Shown: positions 34,189 through 47,745 of the stretch, piece by piece
How the letters are laid out: each line of letters opens with the position of its first letter
How positions within the stretch are numbered: the first letter of the stretch is position 1
Source of the DNA: Podarcis erhardii
Lineage: Eukaryota
Direction: 5' to 3' (one strand)
DNA: 64,000 bases
Assembly (NCBI GenBank): GCA_964252035.1
Contig: OZ176202.1
Program-made: the position numbers and the translations under genes
Notes under the pieces: model-generated
The model's database searches: none
What the model saw: the letters and a program-made list of their open reading frames with translations, nothing else
What the model was told of the DNA's origin: nothing

Positions 34189-35300
34189 GAACATAAGAGT
34201 CCTGCTGGATCAGACCAAAAAGCTCATCTTGTGTCGCATCCTGTTCCAGATGCTTATGGGAATCCCACAAGCAGAATATAAATGCAACAGTCATTTCCCA
34301 CTCGTGATTCCCAGCAAATGGTATACAGAGGCATGCTGCATTCAAAGAGGAGTAGATATTGATTGCCTTATGCTCCATGGATTTGTCAAATCTTCTTTTA
34401 AAGTTATCCAAGTTGATGGCCACCCTTCCATCCTGTGGGAGCAGATGCCATAGTTTTAGCCATGTGTTACATGAATATGTGCTTTCTCTCGTCTGTCGTT
34501 CATTTTTGGGTCTGTATCGTCTGTATTGTATACAGTGGTACCTCGGGTTAAGTACTTAATTCGTTCCAGAAGTCTGTTCTTAACCTGAAGCATCACTTTA
34601 GCTAATGGGGCCTCCCGCTGCCACCGCGCCGCCAGAGCACGATTTCTGTTCTCATCCTGAAGCAAAGTTCTTAACCCGAGGTACTATTTCTGAGTTAGCA
34701 GAGTTTGTAACCTGAAGCGTCTGTAACCTGAAGCGTGTGCAACCCAAGGTACCACTGTACTGCATTGTCATTTTGCTAAACTAGAAAGCTCCAGCTTTTA
34801 CCCATGGGGGTTTTCTTCAGCCTGTTGGTTGTTTTGGGTGCTCTTTTTGGAACATACAGTATCCTTTAATGAGGTGAGGCGACTAGAACTGTACACAATA
34901 TCTAAGTGTGGTCGCACCATATGACATTATACAGAATGGCATTATATTGGCAGCTTTCATTTAAATCCCTTTCTTAATGAGTGCTAACATGGAATTTCCC
35001 TTTTTCATAGTTGTCGCACACTGGGTCATCTTCATTGATATATCCGTATCCACTATGACCCCAAGATTTCTGTACAGTCACTGCCACTTCAGACCTCATT
35101 AGTATATAAGTAGCATTATGATTTTTGTCCCAATGTGCATCACTTTACACTTACTTACACTGAATTACACTGGCCATTTTACTACCCATTCACCCAATTT
35201 AGAAATATCATTTTGGAACTTTTCATAATCCATTTTTGTTTTAACCTCCCTGAACAATTTGGTGTAGACACCAAACTTGGCTTCCTCACTGCTCATGCCT
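34189..35300 (-). mobile_element. Old CR1 LINE 3' part, interrupted by a MITE
   Basis: aacataagag tail; tcctgctggatcagacc 3' UTR; aagtgtggtcgcacca and gactagaactgtacaca (reverse of VQFWSPHL / VRPHL motifs). Confidence 0.75.
34533..34757. mobile_element. Family A MITE
   Basis: TA-CAGTGGTACCTC...AAGGTACCACTG-TA. Confidence 0.95.
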
Positions 35301-37492
35301 AATTATTTTTATTCTGTGTGGTGCTATTGGCCTGGTTCAGACATACTGGGAAATGATGGTTTCCAAGTATATAAATGAGCCTACATATATAAGCCTTTTG
35401 CTTGCATGCTTTTTCACTCCACTCATCTCATCACAGGAGAGGAGGAGATAACAAGCCAAGGTCTGTCACTGTTGTTTCCTTCTTTTTCCTCAAATCATAG
35501 TTCAAACAAATCAGTTTACAGAGTTTGGGTGTCAGAGGACTTACTGGTTTATGAATTAGTGGTTTATGAATTAGTGGGAAACCATGGTTATTGAATGAAT
35601 CCTGAATTTACAAAGTGATTCACATTTTAAAATATTATTTATTCAAAATACTTTAAAGCTGTTCTACAGGAAAATGTCCAGGGCAACTTAGAATACTACC
35701 ACATGCACACTGCTCACTGCCATGTTTTGCTGTGATGGTGTTTACATATATAATGGACTGGGGGCAGCAGATAATGGGTTTAGTTTACCGTAATAATGCT
35801 CATCACTTTCCAGTTTTTCAATTCATCCAATGAATTTTGGAAAAGGTTCAGTTCTGTGCAAATGTAAATTTAGCATTCAGTATTTTGCTCAGATGCTTTA
35901 GGGACAATGTACATGACAGATAGAGACCAGTTCATTCTCTAAGTTTTCACATTTTAATAGATATTGCCTTACTTGTCAGTCATTCAGATTTTTTTGTAGT
36001 CAACCAGCCAAGAAAAACAAAATGAAGAGTGTAAAATACAAAATCATAGCCTCCATAAAACTAATTATTAAAGATGACTAAGATCAAACCATCTCAAAAG
36101 TATAAGACACAAAACCATTTGAATATTTTGGTGTCTGCTCAGTAATAAATTTGTGGGTTCCCCTTGTGGTACTTTAAAAAATATAGTAGTTTAGTGATTT
36201 AAACAGCAAAAAAACCAAACATAAGCACTAGAAAAGATAGTAGTTTATTTTAAAAATTATTTTCATATTGAAATCCCTGAGAGAATTGTAACCTTGATTA
36301 AAGTTTTGACTGCCTGTGGTTTATACTATGAATTTGGGATGAATCTTGGCATGTTTCTATTTGCACAAGATAATCCAGAAATGTATCATCTATCTTAAAA
36401 TTCCATGTAAAATGAAAAGTGTTAGGACTGATTGATTTGAGTATAGCCTGAATGGAAATGAAGTATGTTTAGATAAGTTATTAGGTGTTCCTGTCCTGGC
36501 ACAGATCTCAAGTTGGCAGAACATGTGCCTTAGAATGCAAGGCTTGCAGTATTAATGTCCTGTTGAATTTACTTAATGGTAGAATAGCATGCTATGCCAA
36601 ATATATGGGTGGGTTTCCCTGTGTTATTCCTGGCTGATTGATCAGAATGATTGGAATACATTTCTCTTCCCTCTTGAGTGTTGTACAGGGGTTATTGTTT
36701 TAACTGAAAATGAAAGGTACAGTCTTTCTGCCCTCCCAACATAAAGCCTGCCCCCTAACATAAATCTTGTTTCTCGTTTTTAATTTTAATTAGCGTCTGC
36801 TCTGTTTTTCCAGTTTTGCTTTCCTTCATTGACTTCAGATATTAAATGTTTTTTAATGGTCACCAGCGGTTTTACTTCTGCAGAACTGATGCTCCTTACC
36901 CCATATGCCTTCTTTCTAATCTTTACCACACCTACAACGTCAGATATTCTCCAGAAAGACAGTTTCTGACTCTGATTCAGCTTGTGAAGTTGACCCACAT
37001 ATTGGACCCTATTCTCTTCCTTATGCTGTATACTGTGATTCTGCAGAGTGCCAAAAATGGTATTGTCAGAGGCGTACCTGGGGTTTGTTGAAACAGAGGT
37101 ACAGGCTTGGGGGCACATGTGCATCACCCCAGAAATCTGTCTCCAGTTGTGAGTTTAGACAAGAACTGGGAGCTGAGCAGTAGGAGAAATGGTCAGGTGA
37201 TATGAAGGTAGACCAATCAAAGAGCACAACAATGAGAATTCACCACCAAAATGGCACTCGTAGTATGGCAAGATGCAGTGTTGGACAAGAAATGGAGACA
37301 GCTAGGGGGTGGGCTTGCGGCTGTCAATCAGCCAGGCACAAAGCAGGCAGCCACAGATCAGCATCCATCGTTTTCTCTCCTCCTCTTGCTCACCTGTTAC
37401 CAAGTTGAATCCCTCCCTCCTTTTCCACAAAGTCAGAAAAAGAATAAATGTGATATGTGCCTTTTAAGACTTCTCACCGGTCAGTCGGTCAG

Positions 37493-37713
37493 TTAGATAA
37501 ATTCATGGAGGCTATTATCTGTTGTGGTTGTGCTCTGCTTTTACAGTTGGAGGCAGCAAGGCTTCTGAATACCAGTTGCAGGAAATCCCAGGAGAGAAGA
37601 GAGCTCTTGTGCTTGGGTTCCTGCATCTGGGTTTCCTACAGGCATCTGGTTGGACACAGTGAGAACACGATGGGCTATTGGCCTGATACAGCATGCTCTT
37701 GTTATGTTCTTAT
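37493..37713 (+). mobile_element. Old CR1 3' UTR fragment
   Basis: ttagataaattcatggagg...ctgaataccagttgc...ggcctgatacagcatgctcttgttatgttctta. Confidence 0.7.
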
Positions 37714-38477
37714 AAACTCCAGCCATAGCAGTCTATATATAAATGAAATACATGTTGAGTATAATAATTAGGTTTCTTTATGTAGCATGATATCATAAAA
37801 ACAGTGTCAACATTTGAATTGCTCTTTCCCTTTTTCTGTTATTGTAAATCAATCCAGGACTCCTCTGAATGTGTGAAGTGATATGTAAATATAATAAATT
37901 AACTTGACACACCTGCCATAGTATTTACTTAGTTAATTGTTCTGTTAAAAATTAACTTGCTTATAGCAAACGACACAGCTTCTCCATCAGATGAGAGAGT
38001 AGGAGCTGTTTAGTATCATAACATCTGGGTAGCAAGAACATGTAATATTTGGAATAGGCATGAGGATAATTGAAGTGAAAATGATTATAAAATGAGATGA
38101 AACACTGCTATGCAGTCTTCATGTCTTTACCACATTGCAAAGTGAAAACCACGATGTCCAGTTACTGGAAGTCCAGATTTTCCGCTTTGTACACACTTTT
38201 CAGTCTTACCAGGCAGTCCAGAAATGTTTGTTTCTTGCTCTATCTCCTCTCTCTTTTGTAATATTCAAAGTGGAACTTTGCCATATCACCTTTCTGAAGT
38301 GTTCAAGGATTGTGAGGGCAGGAATGATTTCTGCATCTTAGTTTGCTTCCAGATGACTTGTTTACCAAGCATTTTTGGCCAATTTGTTTGCATGAATTTG
38401 AGGGTAGGTTCATTATCGCTCATTCTGGCTTGTCTGCGGGGAGCTAGGGCAATGTTGCATTAAGTAGATGATGTTAT

Positions 38478-38610
38478 AAACCTTAGCAGCTCAGGACTAT
38501 AATACCTCAAGGACCACTTCTCCCCATATGAACCAACGTGGACTCTTTGATCATTACTTGAGGCCCTTCTTTGGGTGTCCCCTCCATGAGAGGTCTGGAG
38601 GGTTGCAGCA
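38478..38610 (+). mobile_element. Old L2 ORF2 fragment
   Basis: Degenerate YKxLxSSGxxYLKDHxSPYEPTWTL pattern, parallel to the end of the intact L2. Confidence 0.6.
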
Positions 38611-39840
38611 TGGGAACTGCGGTTATGTGATTCATTTGCATCCAAAATTAGTAATAGTCCAGAAGCTAACTGGTGTAGGGTGGTATGAAAATGCTTTTCA
38701 AAAGTTACACAGAAGTGCAGAGAACAATTGGTGAAAGTGACTCACCCTCTCTGCGTTATGCCAGCCAGTAGGAGAAGCAAGCACTCACAGTTAGGGCAGT
38801 GTTCTTTGAACATAGCTGTGTATCATCAGAGGCTTACATGTCTTATTAATGTGCACAAGAACTTCAGTAACTAACAGGCAGTGAGCTGATGCATCACTGT
38901 TAAAGGCTCTCTTCATGTGCCATGATAGTCTTCTTTCCATTCTTCCAGTGCCTCTCTTTCTTTCTTCCCCAGAGAAGACTGGATTGAAGAAAGAAACCAA
39001 AGTGCAGGAGCTAGAGAAAGAAGTTTTCTCAGTCTAATACATCTGGCCCCAGCCTGGTTTTACATTTGCCACTAGGGATGGACAAATGTGAACTACTGGC
39101 AAAATATTTCATCCATGCTTGTTGCTAATCTTGGATTACAAGCATAATACAATGGGCATTTTGGCAAAATATATTATTCAACTTCATAACTGGGAGTTTG
39201 TTTCCATGGAAGAAGTGTTAAAAGAACCCTAACTGAAGCCTAACAGTTTTGTTTTTGAAAGTAGTTACTAATTCCTCTGAAAATTATGGTTGGCATCACA
39301 AACCAAAATTTATGGTCTGTATTTTCAAAGAAAGTGCCAGTATGACAGTCTTAGTAGTTCCGTTTGGCTCTTGCTCAGGGAAGCGCTCCAAATTAGTTCT
39401 GCAAATAAAAAATAACATGTATTCCTTCCCCTTTTCTCTTAACATCTCTGCTTTAACTTCAGAAACGAAACAAAATCTAAGCCCTTGTGTGCTTGATCTC
39501 ATAGGCATGTGACCTTTAACACTGTTCCAGACAGACCTGTGGTTATAGCATAGTTCTTTTTATTCCATACAAATATTTCTGTTCTTTACCCGGGTGAAGG
39601 CGGAGAGCTGCTACCATTTTTAACTTGGCAGGAGGATGCACTTAGTCTGTTAGTCACTAAAGGGGTTTCCCAGCTGCCCTTAATTCCCAGCAAACAGTAA
39701 TGTTATAGAAAGTTAAATACTCCTGGGATTACTATCTCTTGATTAGAAGTGGACATCCAGAAAATCTCTGCTTCTGCTTAAAATGTTTGTCCTTTCCAGT
39801 TGTGATAATAAGCTTGGGAATTTGACAGGCATAAACTAAT

Positions 39841-39970
39841 GGGGAAGGTCCATAACTCAATGCTATACCACACATTTAGCATGTGGATGGTCTCAGGTTC
39901 AACTCCTATTGAAAGGTTCAAGTGTCAGGTGATAGAGAAGACTTCTGCCTGAGAACCCTGGAGACTGGAG
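39841..39970 (+). mobile_element. Squam2-like SINE 5' part
   Basis: ccataactcaatg...gcatgtggatggtctcaggttcaactcc tRNA-like head plus gacttctgcctgagaaccctggag. Confidence 0.6.
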
Positions 39971-40179
39971 TCAAAAACAATGGCTTAGGAAAGTGAGTCT
40001 CAATTTTTTTCTCTGGGCCACACTTTCATAATTTAAAAAATGCTGAATATTTTTATTCATAAGAAATACATTGGAAAACAAACAGGAACAAATCCTAGCA
40101 GTGCTTGATTTATAACATAGAACACAACTACTTTATAATATGATAATGGGGCATGTGGAAAGTATGAAACAACGCAGCT

Positions 40180-40788
40180 ACGTTGCCCGCGGATTGAGCG
40201 GACAAGACACATAATGGGTCCAATGGTCCCTCTACATCTTGTAGAGGGAAATGAGGGGCAGATGGGGCTTGTCAACCAGGGATGAGACCATCTATGAGAA
40301 TGAAACTCTTATCCTAACCCTCCACTGCCTTACAGCTATACTCATTTGTGAGCGAGGTTTTGGGAGTAAACCCTGAGGAAAAATCTGTACCCGCTGCCTT
40401 GCGAGACCTCTTCTGGAGACGAAAAGGCTAGGGAGTAAACCCCACACAAATCTGGAGTGGAGTCCTGAAGATGGTTGGATGGCATCTTGTACTGCAGCCA
40501 AGCTGGTGCCAAACGTATTGCTCCACTTTCCTTTGGGACCACATCAGCGAGGCCGGGGGGGGGGTGTGGTATTGTCATCTGGGCAACCCAGGACCTCCAT
40601 ACACACTGTCCAGGCTTGCAGCATCCCAGGAAGGTCACTTTGGTGCTAAATTCAGCAAAAAAAATTGCAAGAGGCAGCAGGTATGAGGTCTCTGCTACCA
40701 CAGCAGGCACTGTGGTTCTCCATCAGTCGGACTTCACCTCCTCGAGCTTCACTTCATTGTCTCTTGAGACAGATGGATGCCAATAACT
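40180..40788 (+). mobile_element. Non-autonomous RTE-derived element (5' UTR-like), degenerate
   Basis: ggggcagatggggcttgtcaacc...gggagtaaacccc acacaaatctggagtggag...gctggtgccaaacgtattg...gagacagatggatgccaataac resembles a recalled squamate RTE-related repeat. Confidence 0.5.
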
Positions 40789-43612
40789 ATATTCATTCAG
40801 GGATTAACCACAAAGCAATACTGTATAACAATGAGCAACCTCATAAAGTAGTTTTAAGGCTCCTGATTTTGTTCCAGGGTGTCTGAAACGAAAATAATTC
40901 TCATCTCTAGTCTTAATTTAGTCCCAGTTAAATTTGATTTTGGCAAGGTGCTTGTTATAACTAATAATTTATTTTTCTTAATAAGATGTTAATGCAGCCT
41001 TCACTTTTCTAATTCTGATATGTTAGCTTCCTACTGAGACAGCAAGTAAGTCTTTTCTTTATTTTTCACCCGAATTAACCCGAAATATGTATTTGGCAGT
41101 TTCCCCCTAAAACCATTGGCTATACATTTCATTATTTTAATACTTATCCAGCTTTGTCTTGGGTTTATTTTCCCTGGAATTTAGGCTCGTTGTATTGTAC
41201 AAGACCTTCTAAACTGCAGTCCCTGAGGATAGTTTGACCTTTATAGTTTGCCTACTCCTGTGAACTTGTGTTTAAGACACCAGTGTTCTGTTTGAGTCTA
41301 CAAAAAGGAAATCTGAAAAATGGAATTAAATTTGTCAGAAGAAAGTTTTCCTCTAACTGATCATTTTAGTGCATTAACTTTAATTAAGGATGAGCAGGCT
41401 GGGAGAAAGTGGAAGAGTTTTAAATTGGAATAGCAGTAATTTTTAACTGGATTCACCCTTGACAGTTCTATGGTAGTTACAGGAGTCCTGTAGTGAAGGT
41501 ACTGACAATTGAATAGCACAGATTATGACGAACTATATAAGAGTCAGAAGCAGAAATGATGTCTTAGTGCAGATAGCATCTGCGTTAGTAAAACTGTGAT
41601 TGGATTTGAGATATAGTATATTTTACCAGTTTTATTTTGATGTTTTCCCTTTCATATGTCATGTTATAAGATTGAGATTAGCTATATAGCAGAGGTTTTA
41701 TGTTGGCTGTGCACACTCGTTCCTCACAGGGAAAAGTGTGCTTAGCCAATGCAGCAGGGTTTAACCCTACACTTAATAGCTAAAGTTTAGGTGTTCTCAT
41801 ATTTTTATTTATTGATAAATGAAATGGGGAAATTATGAAAATCAGTATTTCCATGTTTCACATTCAAGAATGGTCAAAAACAATTTTTAATTTGATCCTC
41901 CCCGAGGATATATACTGGGCTCAGTGTGGATCAGATGATCTGGAGGCAGGAGTGAATGGCTTGTAGATGATACGCATGTTTAGACTTTCACCTGAACACG
42001 GAAACACTCAAAGTGTGGGTGGGGGCAGTGTTGTGCCTGCATGGCCCAAGCCTCCTTGTATGTCTTACAGTCATTGTCCCCCCCCCCCCCGACCTTTGCT
42101 GCATAGACTGCAGGGGTGTTTCTACTCACATTCGCTTGAACAGAAGTAGACTCTTCCCCATGATAAGGGACCCTGCTTTAACAAGGTTCTTGATTGCATG
42201 CTTTGAAGTGAACACAAATAGAAGTCACTCAAAGCAACATGGGGAAGGTTGAGGACTAAGAAGGATCATGATGAACACAAGGATGTTAGGGGAAGAGCTT
42301 GTGTGTGCAACCTCTGCCTCTATTCTCACTCTGAGTGTTCTTACGTTTAGGCAAAGCCTTAACAAATTGCAGACAGAACAGCATGTGATTAAATTAGCAA
42401 AACAGTACATATTGTAGTAGAAAAACCCTAACTTTTCAGAGGTTGTAAGTTGGCTATTAATCATTGGGGATTGGGGGCCACCAGAGGAAAGTTTAGTAGA
42501 AATGTCAACTCAGTGTGCTCTGGCAGTAACAGAAATGGCAAATTCAGTGTTTTTAGTCAAGGGTAGATGTGGTGGCTGGCTGAAAACCGTTCAGTGAGCA
42601 TCATAGTTAAACAGCTACTTGAATCCAGGCTTGCTAATACAGGAAAGTGTGAGGCCAGGGACTGTCAAAAAGGGTCACATGCCTTCAAGATAGAGGGCTG
42701 TGTGCTCTTAACCATAAAGAGCTGAGAGAGAGGAGGCTAAGGGATTGAAAGGAAGGGTGGCCAAGGAACTGACATGCTTGTAACTTTTGAGTTGTAAACC
42801 TGAGAGAGTAAAAAATCAGAAAGCATTATTTCATCTGAGCCCTTTAAAAAATAGTGTAAGTATAATATCGGCATGGCTGATGGGAGCTTTGTGGTGACAT
42901 TTTTGAAATTTACCAAAGGGAATTCTTTTAAAATTGCTCATTGTTTTAATGAGCATTTAATTTACACCACTTCTGTAAAGCGAGCTTACTTTTCTGTTTC
43001 AGAATTGTTTGCAGGTATTATTATTTCTAAATAAGCCCAGTAGAACCCAAAGAGCTGCAAGCAAATATTTTGATTTTGCTTAACTCCAATTCTTACAAAA
43101 ATGCTTGAAAACACAATAAATCTGGTGCTCTTAATTTTTATTTGCTGTCTGTGTGTTGTACCTTTAGGGTATATCCCATTAAGTTTCCAGGCTTATTTCT
43201 GCAGCTGCAATAGTTGGAGGATTTTAAACAAAAGCTGACTTTTCAAGACCCTGCAGGATCCAATTAGAAAGGAATATGATTATGTCTAGATGGCATGACC
43301 TTGTGTGATACTATCCTTGCCCTCTTTACCTTTCCAGGGATAGAATGCTACAGGCTTGGTTATCCTTTTTCTCTCCCTTCAGTGTAGTTCTAACAGGCCA
43401 GGCATTCTCTAATTTGTTTTCATGGAAATGGTGATGTAGATTTATGTGGTGAAACAGATTACTTTTGCAAGTTGGCTATAATTCAGGCCATGCTACCTGC
43501 AGTGGGCAATAAACGTGGAAGTTTGAGATTAAAACAACTGGAAACAAGACCAAAATAAGTCTTGCCCCCCCCCCCTTTAATGATAGGTTAATTTAATATA
43601 ACAATGGCAGTA

Positions 43613-44285
43613 CAGGTAACTTGCATCTTACATGGGGGTTACGTTGCTGGCCATTGCACGGATAAGCAAAATTGTGTAACCACCCCTCCTACTGAAAACA
43701 ATTTTAAAAAGACATGTTAAAAATTGCTGCACTTACTGGTGAGGGACAAATGTAGATCTCAGCCTCCTTCTTAGTCTTCTTCCTTCTGTTCTTCACTGCT
43801 GCAGATGATATGAGGACCAGGGGATTTGACCAGTATCCAGAAGTGTTTGGCTGTGGTTCAGATCCAGACATGAGTTGCCTGGGCACATCTGCTGCTGGCG
43901 CTGCTGCTGGTTTCTGTGTGAGGAACATGATAATTGGCAGCTGCTGTTATTTCTTAAATTCATTAAACATTTAATCTCAGAGTGTGGTCTCAGAGTGCCT
44001 GTAATCCCATGGATTATTTTGAGACTGTGTAAAACTCTGCAGTCAGATCATTTGCATGTTTTTTGTTTTTGTTTTTTGCAACTTGGAAAAGTTGGGGGAA
44101 AAAATAATTCAGATTCCAGCTAGCTGGCTCATGTTTGCTATCCTCATCCTCACATTTTGAATTTAATCTGACCAGTTCCTCCAGCTCTTCAACAGTCAAT
44201 ACCTGTTGGCCCTCAGTTAGCTCTTCCACTTCTTCCTGCATGATGTCAACAAAGCCCTCCCAAAGCTACCACAGTTTCTCATGTT
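43613..44285 (-). pseudogene. Tigger (pogo) DNA transposon fossil with transposase C-terminal remnant
   Basis: Minus-strand frames give EGFVDIMQEEVEEL...LTVEELEELV...EPASW, then SLKIIHGIT...LRP, QQLPIIMFLTQKP and EPQPNTS. TA-CAGGTAAC...gggggttacgtt terminus at 43611. Confidence 0.8.
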
Positions 44286-47200
44286 TTATTAGTAAGTCCC
44301 ATTGTGTTCAGTGGGACTTATTTCCAGGAAGGTGTGCACAGGATTACCATTTATCCTCAATCTTTTCTATCTTGATACTACAGCATATATTCCAAATATT
44401 TCTGTTTTTAAAATTGCTTTTATCTGCTATGTCCCCATTGAATTCGGAAAGATACTTAAAGAACATTTGGCTGCTTTGCAGTTTTGTAAGTGTTAACATT
44501 TAAAAAAAAAACTTGTAAAACGGCAAATAGACTTTGATTCTTTTAAATCAGAAACTGTCCATTTTATTGCAGAAACATAACAGTTGCAAGTGTATACTGT
44601 ATCTGATAATCAAGGTAGTCTGTTTCTCCACTGAGCCAATATTCCACAACATTTGTAGCAATTTTAGGGTCTTATTGAACTAGTTTGCGCACAGTGCATT
44701 TTCATATACAATCATGCACACAACTCCCCCCCCCGATATTGTATACCTTCTCCCAGATTTTTGTTTGTTTCTATCTGCAATATCGAACTTTTAAAGAAAA
44801 ACCTTGTGTTACATCAGGGCCCTTAGCTGCTCAGTGTTGTTTAAATGTTCTGCAGCCTTGAGCTGACTCATACAGTACCAAAAAAGTACAGTTTGATTAT
44901 GGTGGCTTTTCTGGTAATTATGTGCAGGGGCATAAAGCAATTATACTATGGAAGCTATTTTAAAAAGACAAAACCATAACATAACAAGTAAAGTTATTTG
45001 AAAATGAAAACAGGACACTGTGTTTTCAGTCAACATACTTTCATACTCTAGCTGGTTCTCGTCTCCATAAAATGACTCAGGTTATGGACTGAAATCAAAT
45101 AATGCAGCAAGCTTATCTGATAAAACCATCCATGTTTCAGAACAAAAAGAGTTAATAGCAACCTCTCATTAGGTTCTGCCAGCAACTTCATTCGCAGGGC
45201 TGTTTTTCACATTCAAATTTTAGAGAGAATACGTTACACATTGCATATTTACTGACATTGTAGCACACATTCATTTCACCTAATGTACCCTGCAAAAACA
45301 GGATGCAGGAATCCATGATTAGTTCAGATCCACAGTTCATGTTTGTACTGTGCACCTGAAGCAGTGGGAAGCAAAATGTTATAGTTTTAGTAGGTACATG
45401 TCACTGGTCTGTAACATATACATGTTGAAATTGTAGCATGTGAAATGGCTCTGATTATCATGCTAATGGAATAGGGTGGAAAGTTCTCTATCATCTTGAC
45501 AAGCTGCATATGGAGAAAACACAACGTAGTTTTCGTGGTAAACCATCCCATGAAATCACAGTATTAAAATGTCAAGACGCCTAGGCTTTGGTATGTGGGG
45601 CTTCCTCCTTATTTTATGATACATTCTTGGCATACAGTAGTCATGATTCAAAGATAGGGATTGAAATATTCTGTGGTAAAATACATTTAAAAGGCACCAT
45701 TGATGTTTGTGGCTGTTTCAGCAGCTGTTATATTCTATGAAACTATTGAATTTTTTTATGAGTGAAAACCACAAATATATGTTTTTTTGCATGGGTGTAA
45801 GTGGTATAACTTTCCTTTTAATGTGTGATAGATATAAAACACAACCAATCTGGGGGCTGTATTGGCTGTCTGCTAAAAGGATTTTTTATTTTTTAAAAGT
45901 GATGAGTTATTTTCCCCTGCAGTGACCTAATTGTCTTTTTATCATATTTTGATGTAATCCATTATGTATCTGATCTTAGTTTTGTCACTTGTCAAAATAG
46001 CATAGGCTTAAACTCTGTTTTCTGTGTACTATAGCAGCTATTAAAGTAGACCAATGTTTCTAACATGCATGAGAGGATTAGGAGCGTGTTTAATGAAAAT
46101 AACTCACAGGTGGTCTCCTTCTTTCTGCAAAAATTCCTTGTGGTGCCAAAATACACACACATAGTGTTTGATTGAAAAAGGAAAATGTTTTTTGACTACA
46201 CCTTCCTAAAGTGGCATGAAGGCAAGGTGTAGACCTACATAATAAGGCAAAGCTGCAATATTTTCACTGTGTGTTGACTTGGGCGGGGAAAAGGAATGGA
46301 AACCACTTCTATAAATAGTGTTTTAAATGTTTGCTTATTATGATTTGTTCATAAGCTGTTGCTTTGAACAAATTTAAGTGTTTGTGTTCATTCACAAACA
46401 TTTAAGTGTTTGTGTTCATACGACTGGCTGATCAGTTAAATATGCATTGAGATAGCTACTTCATATTTTAGTTTTGTAGTTTAGTTTTGTAGTAATTTAT
46501 ATGCTACTTGATTGTAGAGAAACCACTAAGCAGTTTAACAAGAAATATTAAAATTATTCTTAAAACCCATTAAAATTAATTGAAAATACTAAAACACATC
46601 AGCATCTGCATGTCTGGATAGGCTTGTCTAAACAAAAGCAAGAGGTTGAGAAGAGTACAGTGAAGGTACAGCCTGATGTAAATGGGCAGAAAGTTCCGAA
46701 GTAGAGGTCCTGCCATGCTACAAGTTCAGTTTCTGATAACTGCATGCCACACTGTATTGTGTGGCATCTTAAATAGTGCCAGTTCTGTAGATTGAAAAGG
46801 TTGAGTGGGAAAGGTGATCCCACAAGTAAACTGGTCCCAAGCTGTTCCTAGTTTGATGTAGTGCTTTGTCACAGCAAATTATTTTATTAGTAGTCTTTGA
46901 TCATCAAATGATCAAGGTTTCAGGGAGGGGCCATTTCTTGATATCTCACTTTTAAAAATCTACACTCTCTACTCTCAGTTTGTGTACATGTGCGCGTCGC
47001 ACACACAAGCATGCATTCATTCATCCATGCAATGCATGTAGAAATATGTACTAATCTTGTCCTTTCTCTAATGGGTGAACAGGAGCCATGCACTGTTTAG
47101 GAAGTAGTTCTGATGTGCTTTCCATACTAAAAGATCACTCTTGCTGTCAAAAGAGCTCCAGTAGATTAAGAAAGTGGTTGACCTCACTTGATAACTCTTA

Positions 47201-47404
47201 TCCAACAAATGGGGGCTTATTTGTACACCTTTTTAATTTTTTTTAATAGCATGATGGTATTTGATGTACAGGACCTTGGCAGAGTACTGGGTTTTCTTTT
47301 AATGATTTGTTTATTTCCGCCCCTTAAAACACAACCAGAACTACATCAAATTTTCAAACAAGGATAGCACTACCACACTTGTTCATAACATATAGCTGTG
47401 AGTA

Positions 47405-47745
47405 ATGATGAGGGAGAAATTTGGTTTGGTTGAGATTTCAGTGTGAATCTACCTAATTTGCATTTCCCCAAACTATATGCAAATCTTAACTTTGTGATGC
47501 AGTTGTGATCCATCCACAGAATGTGTATATTTAGGAAGTGCACATAAAAATCCACATATTAGTGAATACAAAAACACATTTATATAAATGCAAATTGCTT
47601 GCAAAAAGTGGTATATTAGAAGATATGTGCACTGAAATGCTGACACATTTTTGAGGACTTTTCACAGACTGAAATGTGGCAAACTGAAGACCGGGGAAAA
47701 GAGAATATGAGAGAAACTGAAATTGACAGATTCATTTATCCCTAG
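47405..47745. mobile_element. Old hAT-like non-autonomous element
   Basis: Ends in ...gattcatttatcccta (TAGGGAT-type terminus); AT-rich body typical of recalled squamate repeats; left end eroded. Confidence 0.35.

Noticed and set aside
43012-43020. Possible recursive splice site TGCAG|GTATTA in intron 1
   Set aside because: The reconstituted donor is weak, with no independent evidence.
46372-46419. 20-bp tandem duplication around a small hairpin
   Set aside because: Consistent with an ordinary slippage or template-switch microduplication.
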